Positions 6,667 through 14,067 of a stretch of 24,000 nucleotides of DNA are shown piece after piece. The DNA is from an uncultured Actinomycetes bacterium (GTDB lineage: Bacteria > Actinomycetota > Actinomycetes > Streptosporangiales > Streptosporangiaceae). How positions within the stretch are numbered: the stretch's first letter is position 1; every line of letters begins with the position of its first letter. The stretch is from NCBI GenBank assembly GCA_963805255.1, contig CAWDTK010000011.1, positions 281,591 through 305,590 of the forward strand, in the 5' to 3' direction. The notes beneath the pieces are model-generated. The model was not told the origin of the DNA and made no database searches. It saw nothing but the letters and a program-made list of their open reading frames with translations. The position numbers and the translations under genes were made by a program.

Positions 6667-8025
6667 ATGAACGCGCCTTTGTTTGCGCTGGGCGGGCCAG
6701 GTCTCCCCCAGGAACGCCGCGTCGTGACCGAAATCCCCGGACCGGCCTCGCGTGAGCTGCTCGGGCGCCGGCAGCGTAGCGTCGCGCGGGGGGTCAGCCA
6801 TGTGCTTCCGGTGTTCATCACGGCTGCCGGCGGGGGCGTCCTGGTCGACGCCGACGGCAACTCGCTCATCGACTTCGGCTCGGGCATCGCCGTGGTGTCG
6901 GTGGGCAACGCCGCGCCGCGCGTGGTGGAGCGGGTCAGCGAGCAGGTCGCGCGGTTCACCCACACGTGCTTCATGGTCGCCCCGTACGAGGAGTACGTCG
7001 CGGTCTGCGAGGAACTCGCGCGCCGGACGCCGGGCGACCACGAGAAGCGTTCCGCGCTGCTCAACTCGGGCGCGGAGGCGGTCGAGAACGCCGTGAAGAT
7101 CGCGCGGCACGCCACCGGGCGCCAGGCGGTCGTCGCGTTCGACCACGCCTACCACGGGCGCACCAACCTCACCATGGCGCTGACCGCGAAGAACATGCCG
7201 TACAAGCAGGGGTTCGGCCCATTCGCCGGTGAGATCTACCGGGCGCCGATGGCCTACCCGCTGCGCTGGCCGGGCGGCCCGGAGGCCTGCCGGGCCCACG
7301 CGCTGGAGGTCATCACCGGGCTGATCCACACCCAAATCGGCGAGGAGAACGTGGCCGCCGTCATCATCGAGCCGATCCAGGGCGAGGGCGGGTTCATCGT
7401 GCCGCCGCCCGGGTTCCTGGCCGGGCTGGCCGAATTCTGCCGCACCTACGGGATCGTGCTGATCGCGGATGAGATCCAGACCGGTTTCTGCCGCACCGGC
7501 GACTGGTTCGCCTGTGAGCACGAGGGCGTCGTCCCCGACCTGATCACGACGGCCAAGGGGATCGCGGACGGGCTGCCACTCGCGGGGGTCACCGGGCGCG
7601 CCGACCTGATGGACTCGGTGCACGTGGGCGGCCTGGGCGGCACCTTTGGCGGCAACCCGGTGGCGTGCGCGGCCGCGCTCGGCGCGATCGAGACGATGGC
7701 CGCCGAGGGCCTGGCCGGGCGGGCCCGGCACATCGGCGACATCATGCTGCCCCGGCTGAACAAGCTCGCCGAGGCCACGCCCGGCATCGGGGAGGTCCGG
7801 GGCCGCGGCGCGATGATCGCCGTCGAGCTGGTCATGCCGGGCGGCCTCGAGCCCGCTCCCGCGGCGGCGGGTCAGGTCGCCAAGGCCTGCCACGCCGCCG
7901 GGCTGGTCGTGCTGACGTGCGGGACGTTCGGGAACGTGCTGCGCTTCCTGCCGCCGCTGGTCATCGGCGACGCGCTGCTCGAGGAGGGCCTGTCGATCCT
8001 GGAGGACGCCTTCGCCGCGCTGTAA
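6667..8025 (+). CDS. gabT: 4-aminobutyrate--2-oxoglutarate aminotransferase (class-III PLP aminotransferase)
   Basis: From the ATG at 6667: MNAPLFALGGPGLPQERRVVTEIPGPASRELLGRRQRSVARGV...DFGSGIAVVSVGN...AFDHAYHGRTNLTMALTAK.MPYKQGFGPFA.EIYRAP...IIEPIQGEGGFIVPP.GFL...LIADEIQTGFCRTG...DLITTAKGIADGLPL...GGLGGTFGGNPVACAAAL. This is a full-length GabT pattern including the PLP lysine (TTAKG). The upstream part of track ORF 5815..8025 is antisense to pcaB. Confidence 0.9.
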   Translation: MNAPLFALGGPGLPQERRVVTEIPGPASRELLGRRQRSVARGVSHVLPVFITAAGGGVLVDADGNSLIDFGSGIAVVSVGNAAPRVVERVSEQVARFTHTCFMVAPYEEYVAVCEELARRTPGDHEKRSALLNSGAEAVENAVKIARHATGRQAVVAFDHAYHGRTNLTMALTAKNMPYKQGFGPFAGEIYRAPMAYPLRWPGGPEACRAHALEVITGLIHTQIGEENVAAVIIEPIQGEGGFIVPPPGFLAGLAEFCRTYGIVLIADEIQTGFCRTGDWFACEHEGVVPDLITTAKGIADGLPLAGVTGRADLMDSVHVGGLGGTFGGNPVACAAALGAIETMAAEGLAGRARHIGDIMLPRLNKLAEATPGIGEVRGRGAMIAVELVMPGGLEPAPAAAGQVAKACHAAGLVVLTCGTFGNVLRFLPPLVIGDALLEEGLSILEDAFAAL

Positions 8026-8090
8026 CGATGGCCGGGAGACGATGGCCGGGAGACGATGGCCGGGAGCTAGGCATAAACGATGCCCGGGAG
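8025..8090. repeat. 14-bp tandem repeat (acgatggccgggag) x3 perfect, plus a fourth imperfect copy that carries the downstream gene's start codon
   Basis: Perfect units at 8025-8038, 8039-8052 and 8053-8066. A 10-bp spacer follows, then acgatgcccgggag at 8077-8090, whose ATG (8080) starts the next CDS. The array begins on the last base of the gabT stop codon (TAA 8023-8025). Confidence 0.9.
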
Positions 8091-8988
8091 CAAGGCGGAG
8101 CGGCACGGTGACCGTCGGCTCGCCGTGCATCGGGAACTGAGTTCCGGCCTGGCCGAGATCGTGCCCGATATCAGCCGGACGGACGCCTGGATTCTCTATC
8201 TCGCCGGTGCGCCGCAATCCCAGGTGGACCTGGCCGATCCGACGTACCTGGAGTTCGAGTACATTCGCCGGATCGCGCATCTGCTGGACGTCGCCGCCCC
8301 CGTGGGTGAGCCGCTGCGCGTGCTGCACCTGGGCGGCGGCGCGCTGACGCTGCCGCGCTACGTGGCGGCCACCCGTCCCGGCTCGGGCCAGCTCGTGGCG
8401 GAATCCGACGCGGCGCTGATGGACCTGGTCCGGGAGCATCTGCCGCTGGGCCGCCCGCGGCCGTCCCCGCGGCGGCTGCGGATCCGGATCGGTGACGCCC
8501 GGGAGGTCCTGGAGTCCGTGCGCGCGGCCAGCTTCGACGTCGTGATCAGCGATGTCTTCGCCGGGCCGCGGACTCCGGCGCATCTGACCACGGTGGAATG
8601 CGCCGCCGCGGCGGCGCGGGCGCTGCGGCCCGGCGGGATCTACGCCGTGAACGTGGCCGACGGGCCGCCGCTCCGGCACGCCAAGGAACAGGTCTCCACC
8701 ATCGGTTCCGTCTTCCCGTCCGGCTACATGATCGCTGAGCCCGCGGTGCTGCGCCGCCGCCGGTTCGGCAACCTGGTACTGGCCGGAAGCCGCCGCGCGT
8801 TCCCCGAAGAAGAACTGCGGCGCCGGGCGGCGGCCGACCCGTTTCCCGCCCGGCTGGTGTGCGGCGCGAACCTGGTGCGTTTCGCGGCCGGGGCGCGGGC
8901 CGTCACCGACGCGACCGCGCGGCCCTCCCCCCTGCCCCCGCCCGAGACGTTCGGCCCGCCGCCCCAGCGCCCGCCGGATCAGGCCTAG
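8080..8988 (+). CDS. Spermidine/spermine-synthase-like SAM-dependent methyltransferase-fold protein
   Basis: 302-aa ORF: ...WILYLAGAPQSQVDLADPTYLEFEYIRRIAHLLD...LRVLHLGGGALTLPRYVAATRPGS.QLVAESDAALMDLVREHL...DVVISDVFAG.RTPAHLTT.E....ARALRPGGIYAVNV. The Rossmann GxGxG-type motif and spermidine-synthase-like layout are common in actinobacteria. Confidence 0.75.
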   Translation: MPGSKAERHGDRRLAVHRELSSGLAEIVPDISRTDAWILYLAGAPQSQVDLADPTYLEFEYIRRIAHLLDVAAPVGEPLRVLHLGGGALTLPRYVAATRPGSGQLVAESDAALMDLVREHLPLGRPRPSPRRLRIRIGDAREVLESVRAASFDVVISDVFAGPRTPAHLTTVECAAAAARALRPGGIYAVNVADGPPLRHAKEQVSTIGSVFPSGYMIAEPAVLRRRRFGNLVLAGSRRAFPEEELRRRAAADPFPARLVCGANLVRFAAGARAVTDATARPSPLPPPETFGPPPQRPPDQA

Positions 8989-9008
8989 CCGGCCTCGCCC
9001 TCGGCGGA

Positions 9009-9520
9009 TCAGGCGTGAGTCGCTGTTCCGGTGCGGCGCATGCGGCCGGCCGCGTCGACAATCACGGCGACCAGATCAGCGAACCGCTCGTCCGGGTCGC
9101 CGAAGATGCGCGGTCCGGCCGCGACGACGTGCGGGTGGGTGTCCCGGTTCAGCTGCCCGGCGCGGCGCTCGAGGGAGTAGCGGTCATCGCCGACGGCCGC
9201 CGTCTGGGCGACGTCTCCGTATTCCGGCCTGAAGGCCGGCGCACAGACGGCCATATTGGTAGCGGTCATCGCCGGCGGCCGCCGTCTGGGCGACGGCGAC
9301 GTCTCCGTATTTCCGGCAGCGGAGCCGGATCCGCGTCGATCAGCGCGATCATGGCCCGGGTGCCGGGTATATGCCGATGATCGCGGACGGCCGCGTCACG
9401 GTGCCGACCCGGATATTCCTGCTGTCGCGGGTCACCGAGTCCTGGGCCGCGTCCCGGGACAGCGGCCCCCGCGTCGCGGTCGTGCCCGGCTCGGCGGACG
9501 GCTAGGCAGCGGCCCCCATC
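9009..9520 (-). pseudogene. Degenerate coding remnant of unknown family (frame breaks, in-frame stop, internal duplication)
   Basis: GC3-rich minus-strand coding signal is split over several frames. These are ...AEPGTTATRGPLSRDAAQDSVTRDSRNIRVGTVTRPSAIIGIYPAPGP* (preceded by an in-frame TAG), MIALIDADPAPLPE..., and ORF 9009..9269 (...PEYGDVAQTAAVGDDRYSLERRAGQLNRDTHPHVVAAGPRIFGDPDERFADLVAVIVDAAGRM...). I recognise no family. Confidence 0.3.
9177..9315. repeat. Local direct duplication: about 55-bp segment repeated 82 bp downstream, with a 6-bp and a 1-bp insertion
   Basis: gtagcggtcatcgccgacggccgccgtctgggcgacgtctccgtattccggc (from 9177) is matched by gtagcggtcatcgccggcggccgccgtctgggcgacGGCGACgtctccgtatTtccggc (from 9259). 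Confidence 0.85.
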
Positions 9521-9809
9521 GGCGGATAAACGAATTTGCCCACTCCGCCAGCGCCGGCCCGGGGTGTCCGCTACTCTGCTGAAGCTTGAGGACAGGGCGA
9601 TACCGACCGCCGGGCGGATTGCACGCGGGGGCCGGGGAATGGGACGTCTCGCTGCGGTCAGGCCAGCGAGCTGGCTGATCAGCGGGTCAGACGAGCTTGC
9701 TGACGCTTAGGCTTGGCGTCGGTGTCAGGGCGCACAGGCCGTCAGATGGTAGTGGAGGTACGGAGTTTGGCCAACGGGACCGCAGCGTGACATTGGCGTA
9801 GGAGCTTGC

Positions 9810-11213
9810 ATGGAGATGCCACCTCCCGGCTGGTATGAGGATCCCGTTGCCACGGGAGGCCTGCTGCGCTGGTGGGACGGGACGCAGTGGACGGAGCACA
9901 CCGCTCCCGCGGGAGGCGCCCCCCAGACCGCCATCGAGCAGGTGCCCGCCGCCGTCGAGCGTGCACCCGGGGTCGCTGCCGACCCGGCCACGCCGGACCC
10001 GGCCACGCCGGACTTGGGCTTGCCGGACTTGGGCTTGCCGGACTTGGGCTTGCCGGACTTGGGCTTGCCGGACTTGGGCTTGCCGGACTTGGGCTTGCCG
10101 GACTTGGTTTTGCCGGCTCCGGTGGCCCCGCCCGTTCCGCCCGTTCCGCCCAATGACGCTGACCCCTCACTGACCGACTGGTTCCAGAGCATTCCCTTTC
10201 CCGTGGTCCGCCGCGACGATCACGCCACCGCCAACTCGACGCGCGTGCTGGAGCGTGCGGGACCGGGGGCGCTGGCGGAAATTGGCTGGCCGCACGGCAC
10301 GCCGGTCACCGCGGGCGACACGCCCCTGCTGGAGCGCGGCGAAACGGCCGGGATGCTGCGCCGCAACCGCACCCGGCTGATGTGGGGGCTGGCCCTTGGC
10401 ACGGCCGTCGCCATGCTCATCACCGGCGTCCTGGTCGCGGTGTTCGGTTCCGCCCCGGCGGCGCACAGCACGCCGGCCGCCGCGGCGGGCCATCCGTCGG
10501 CCGTGCGGACGCTGACGCCGAAGGCGTCCGCGTCGCCGCCGAGCACGCCGTCGACGGTCCCTACGACCGGCACCCCGGTCACTGACCCCGCGTCCGGCCT
10601 GTCCTACGCGACGCTCGCCGCCCCATGGCAGGCCGGCTGCCCGGCGCCGATGAGCAACGCAGTGTTCACCTGGACGGCCGGGGAGAGCGCGGTGGCCGGG
10701 ACCCTCGCCTCGGCGGGCGGGGCCCCCTGGTACGCCAGCGCCTGTTCCGGCCTGCTCGGCCAGCAGTACCCCTACACCGGCGTCGCCGACCTGCCCCAGA
10801 CGGCGATGAACCTGGTCGGTGCGTTCGACCCGGCCTACTACACCGCCCTCCCGCACGTCCGGGCCACCCAGCAGAACAACCCGCTTCAGGTCAGCGGGCA
10901 TCCGGCGTGGATCGTGCAGTTCCTGATGACCTACCCGACCGCGGCCAGCCAGGGCCTGGCGTGGCAGACACAGCTCGGCGCGGTCGTGGTCGTGGACCGC
11001 GGCGCGGGGCAGCCGCCCGCCGTCATGTACGCCACGGTGCCGGACAACCTGGGCACCGCCAACGTCGGCGTGATCCTGGCCTCGATGCAGCTGAACGCCC
11101 CGGCAAGCCCGGCCACCCCGGCAAGCCCGGCCACCCCGGCAAGCCCGGCCACCCCGGCTTCGCCGCCGGCCCCCGCCGCCGCGAGCACTGCCCCTTCTGG
11201 CCCCAATCCCTAG
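9810..11213 (+). CDS. DUF2510-domain membrane protein with an internal (PDLGL)x7 repeat and a C-terminal (PASPAT)x4 repeat
   Basis: The ATG at 9810 lies 5 nt after taggag. The N-terminus PPPGWYEDPVATGGLLRWWDGTQWTEHT is the GWY.DP...RWWDG..WT motif of DUF2510. A single TM helix follows (LMWGLALGTAVAMLITGVLVAVFG), then a Ser/Thr/Pro linker and an extracytoplasmic domain of about 200 aa. GC3 is high throughout. Confidence 0.8.
   Translation: MEMPPPGWYEDPVATGGLLRWWDGTQWTEHTAPAGGAPQTAIEQVPAAVERAPGVAADPATPDPATPDLGLPDLGLPDLGLPDLGLPDLGLPDLGLPDLVLPAPVAPPVPPVPPNDADPSLTDWFQSIPFPVVRRDDHATANSTRVLERAGPGALAEIGWPHGTPVTAGDTPLLERGETAGMLRRNRTRLMWGLALGTAVAMLITGVLVAVFGSAPAAHSTPAAAAGHPSAVRTLTPKASASPPSTPSTVPTTGTPVTDPASGLSYATLAAPWQAGCPAPMSNAVFTWTAGESAVAGTLASAGGAPWYASACSGLLGQQYPYTGVADLPQTAMNLVGAFDPAYYTALPHVRATQQNNPLQVSGHPAWIVQFLMTYPTAASQGLAWQTQLGAVVVVDRGAGQPPAVMYATVPDNLGTANVGVILASMQLNAPASPATPASPATPASPATPASPPAPAAASTAPSGPNP
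9981..10115. repeat. 15-bp tandem repeats: gacccggccacgccg x2, then gacttgggcttgccg x6 perfect plus 1 variant
   Basis: Units run back to back from 9981. The six perfect PDLGL units cover 10011-10100, and the variant (gacttggttttgccg) is at 10101-10115. The array is in frame in the DUF2510 gene. Confidence 0.95.
11099..11160. repeat. 18-bp tandem repeat (ccggcaagcccggccacc) x3 perfect plus a partial copy, encoding PASPAT
   Basis: Units at 11099-11116, 11117-11134 and 11135-11152, then a diverged continuation. The array is in frame near the 3' end of the DUF2510 gene. Confidence 0.9.
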
Positions 11214-11245
11214 CGGTCCCAACCCCCTGCCGGTTCCGGCGAGCC

Positions 11246-12532
11246 CTACGCGGTTCCGCGCAGCGCGTCGGTCAGGATCGCCAGGCCCTCTCGCGCCTCG
11301 GGCTCGGTCAGGGTCAGCGGCGGCGCCATCCGCAGGGTGTTACCGAAAAGGCCGCCCTTGCCGATGAGCAAGCCCCGGGCCCGCGTTTCCTCCAGCATCC
11401 GGGCGGCCAGCGCCGGGCTGGGCTGGCCGGTCGCGGGGTCAACCAGGTCGATGGCGAACATCAGGCCCTTGCCGCGCACCTGCCCGGCGGCCGCGCACCC
11501 GGCCGCGGCGTCCCGCAGCCCCGTGATGATGATCCGGCCCAGCTCGCCGGCGTTGCGCTGCAGGTCGTGGGAGAGCAGGTAGTCCAGGGTCGCGCTGGCC
11601 GCGGTGGTGGAGACCGGGTTGCCGCCGAAGGTGGAGACCCCGTTCCCGCGCAGCCCGTCCAGCAGGCCGCCGCGCGCGACCACGCCGCCGATGGCGAACC
11701 CGTTGCCGAGTCCCTTGGCGAACGTCATCGCGTCGGGCACCACCCCGTGCGCGCCGATGCCCCAGAAGTGCTCGCCGGTGCGGCCCCACCCGGTCTGCAC
11801 CTCGTCGGAGATGAACAGGATGCCGTGCTCATCGAGCACGTCCTGGTACGCGGCGAACAGCCCGTCCGGGGGCATGGTGAAGCCGCCGACGCCCTGGATC
11901 GGCTCGGCGATCAGGCACGCGACGTCGGCCGGGTGCGCCGCGGTGGCCAGCACGTTCCGCAGGTCCGCGACACACGCCTCGATGTAGGCGCCGTCGGGCA
12001 TGCCGTCGAACGCGGGCAGGTGCCGGTCGGTGCCGTGCAGGTAATGCACGCCGAACGGGGCCAGCGAGGAGGGTTTCCAGCCGGCGTTGCCGGTGATCGC
12101 CACCGCGCCGAACGACCGGCCGTGATAGCTGTTCCGCAGCGCGAGCACCTGGTCGGCGCGCCGGGCGGCGGTCGCCAGCAGCAGCGCGGTCTCGTTGGCC
12201 TCGGTGCCGGAGTTGGTGAAGAACACCTTGGCGTCCGGGATCCCGGACAGCCGGGTGATCTTCTCGGCGAGCTCGACCTGGCTGCGGATGAGGTACAGCG
12301 TCGACGTGTGCACGATCCCCGACGCGATCTGCCGCTCGACGGCCTCGCGGACCTCGGGCACGTCGTAGCCGAGCATGTTGGTGAGGATCCCGCCGAAGAA
12401 GTCCAGGTAGCTGCGGCCAGCCGCGTCGGTGACCCGGCATCCCTTGCCGCTGACCAGCTCGATCGGCTCGTGGTAGTAGGTCGCGACCCAGCTGGGGATG
12501 ACGGCGCGATGGCGTGCGTACAGATCTGGCAT
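11246..12532 (-). CDS. Class-III (acetylornithine/omega-amino-acid type) PLP-dependent aminotransferase
   Basis: From the ATG at 12532: MPDLYARHRAVIPSWVATYYHEPIELVSGKGCRVTDAAGRSYLDFFGGILTNMLGY...FFTNSGTEANETALLLA...LRNSYHGRS...IAEPIQGVGGF..PP.G...ISDEVQTGWGRTG.HFWG....GV.PD.MTFAKGLGNG...STFGGNPV. The track ORF 11246..12859 over-extends 5' into AT-rich non-coding DNA. Confidence 0.9.
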   Translation of the reverse strand: MPDLYARHRAVIPSWVATYYHEPIELVSGKGCRVTDAAGRSYLDFFGGILTNMLGYDVPEVREAVERQIASGIVHTSTLYLIRSQVELAEKITRLSGIPDAKVFFTNSGTEANETALLLATAARRADQVLALRNSYHGRSFGAVAITGNAGWKPSSLAPFGVHYLHGTDRHLPAFDGMPDGAYIEACVADLRNVLATAAHPADVACLIAEPIQGVGGFTMPPDGLFAAYQDVLDEHGILFISDEVQTGWGRTGEHFWGIGAHGVVPDAMTFAKGLGNGFAIGGVVARGGLLDGLRGNGVSTFGGNPVSTTAASATLDYLLSHDLQRNAGELGRIIITGLRDAAAGCAAAGQVRGKGLMFAIDLVDPATGQPSPALAARMLEETRARGLLIGKGGLFGNTLRMAPPLTLTEPEAREGLAILTDALRGTA

Positions 12533-12852
12533 GGTCCCAGTCTGCCTGGTCAGGACGTCAGGTGCACGCGATGGAACTGGCCGACGTGGCGAGCCTGCAC
12601 GTCGCCCTGCTGGCCCGGGCCGCCGCGGCCGACCGGCGGCCAGGCTGAGATCCCGATCCCGAACGGGCCCAGCCACGCGTTGTCCCGCGGCACCAGAGTT
12701 ACGGGCAGAGTCTCTTTGGTGCACGCCAACCTGAAAGCCGCCGAGCATTACCCTGGCCACCTGCGCGTATCTATTTCCGATTACTAAGAGTACATTCGAA
12801 GTTACTGATAGTGCTCTTACGGCGGCTTTACGTCGGTAACGGGGGTATTGCG

Positions 12853-14067
12853 GTGACAAAGGACGCGGTTGCTGTGATTGAGAATCTCGATTCCTACTAT
12901 GCGCAGATGATGGACAGCATTACCGACTACGCGTTGATCCGGCTGGACGGACAGGGCACGGTCCGCAGCTGGCATGCGGGCGCGCAGCAACTGACCCAGT
13001 ACACGGCCGAGGAGATCCTCGGCAAGTCGGCGGCTCTGTTCTACACCGATGAGGATGCCGCCAGAGGGCTCGCAGAGGCGAACTTGCGCGCCGCCGCGGA
13101 GGCGGGCCGATATGAGACGGAGGGCTGGCGGACTGCTAAGGATGGTTCCCAGTTCTGGGCCTCTGTGGTGTTCACCGCCGTTCATGACCGGGCCGGGGAG
13201 GTGGGCGGGTATGTGATGGCGGCTCGCGACCTGACCCCCCAGCGGGAGCAGGAGCAGCGCCTGCGCGCCGTGGAGCAGCTGGTCAACAGCATTGCCGACT
13301 ACCAAGTGATCCGGTTCGACCGGGATGGCCTGGTGCGCTCGTGGAACCCGGGCGCGCAGAATCTCACCGGGTACGGGGCGGAAGAGGTCATCGGGCATCA
13401 CATCTCGATGTTCTACACCGAGGATGACGCCCAGTCCGGCGTGCTGGAGCGGGAGATGAGCGGTGCGGTCCGCGGCGGCAGCCTGGAGGTGGAGGGGTGG
13501 CGCATCCGCAAGGATGGCAGCCGGTTCTGGGCGAATATCGTGCTGAGCCCGATCCGGGACGATGATGGCGAGCTGACGGGATTTGTCAAGGTCGCCAGGG
13601 ACCTGACCGAGCGGCGCGAGCAGGAGCGGCTCGTGCAGCAGCAGCGTGATGAGATCCTGGAGCTGTCCACCCCGGTGATACAGGTCTGGGACAAGATCCT
13701 CATCCTGCCGCTCATTGGCACCCTGGACAGCGGGCGCGCGGCCCGGCTGACCGAGAGCCTGCTGCAGCGGATCGCCGCAGATCAGGCCGAAGTGGTGATT
13801 CTCGACATCAGCGGCGTGCCGGGAATCGACAGCGATGTCGCGCAGCATCTGCTGGAGACCGTGGCGGCGGCCCGGCTGATGGGCACCGACAGCATTCTCA
13901 GCGGCGTGCGCCCTGACACCGCCCAGTCCATGGTGCACCTGGGAATCGAGCTGGGTGGCCTGCGCAGCCGCACGAGCCTCAGGGACGCGCTGCAGCTTGC
14001 GCTGGGGCTGGTCCGGTCGCAGGACACGCAGGACAAGACCGCGAAGCAGGCCGGAGCCGGTGCCTGA
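12853..14067 (+). CDS. rsbR: RsbR-like stressosome sensor protein: two PAS domains plus a C-terminal STAS domain
   Basis: There are two PAS units (DYALIRLDGQGTVRSWHAGAQQLTQYTAEEILGK...EGWRTAKDGSQFWASVV and DYQVIRFDRDGLVRSWNPGAQNLTGYGAEEVIGH...EGWRIRKDGSRFWANIVL). The STAS region then aligns with B. subtilis RsbR (ELSTPVIQVWDKILILPLIGTLDSGRAARLTESLLQRI....AEVVILDISGVPGIDSDVAQHLL). The start is taken as the GTG at 12853, 7 nt after ggggg and at the end of the AT-rich region. The track start 12811 and the ATG at 12904 are alternatives. Confidence 0.85.
   Translation: MTKDAVAVIENLDSYYAQMMDSITDYALIRLDGQGTVRSWHAGAQQLTQYTAEEILGKSAALFYTDEDAARGLAEANLRAAAEAGRYETEGWRTAKDGSQFWASVVFTAVHDRAGEVGGYVMAARDLTPQREQEQRLRAVEQLVNSIADYQVIRFDRDGLVRSWNPGAQNLTGYGAEEVIGHHISMFYTEDDAQSGVLEREMSGAVRGGSLEVEGWRIRKDGSRFWANIVLSPIRDDDGELTGFVKVARDLTERREQERLVQQQRDEILELSTPVIQVWDKILILPLIGTLDSGRAARLTESLLQRIAADQAEVVILDISGVPGIDSDVAQHLLETVAAARLMGTDSILSGVRPDTAQSMVHLGIELGGLRSRTSLRDALQLALGLVRSQDTQDKTAKQAGAGA

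Noticed and set aside
5364-7115. 583-aa minus-strand ORF taken as one protein
   Set aside because: Only the stretch from the ATG at 6582 down to about 5770 is PcaB-like. The upstream 178 codons are antisense to gabT, and the tail after about 5770 is out-of-frame read-through past the pcaB frameshift.
6574-8679. 701-aa minus-strand ORF opposite gabT and the methyltransferase
   Set aside because: It is a shadow ORF of two well-supported + strand genes. The composition (R, G, P, D, H runs) is non-protein-like and no motifs are present.
9725-10192. Minus-strand reading of the 15-bp repeat as a (KPKSG)x7 protein (ORF 9725..10192)
   Set aside because: The + strand ORF has a proper SD and ATG, a DUF2510 motif, a TM helix and consistent GC3 over 467 codons. 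The minus ORF has no supporting context.
1984-11160. Tandem repeat arrays considered as CRISPR arrays
   Set aside because: Units are directly adjacent with no unique spacers and measure 14-51 bp. They lie in frame inside genes, and no cas genes are nearby.
12826-12849. SigB/SigF-type promoter look-alike (GCTTT-N13-GGGTAT) just upstream of the rsbR-like gene
   Set aside because: The spacer is shorter than the 14-17 nt usual for this promoter class. The predicted transcription start would also fall at or after the preferred GTG start (12853). The evidence is too weak to annotate.
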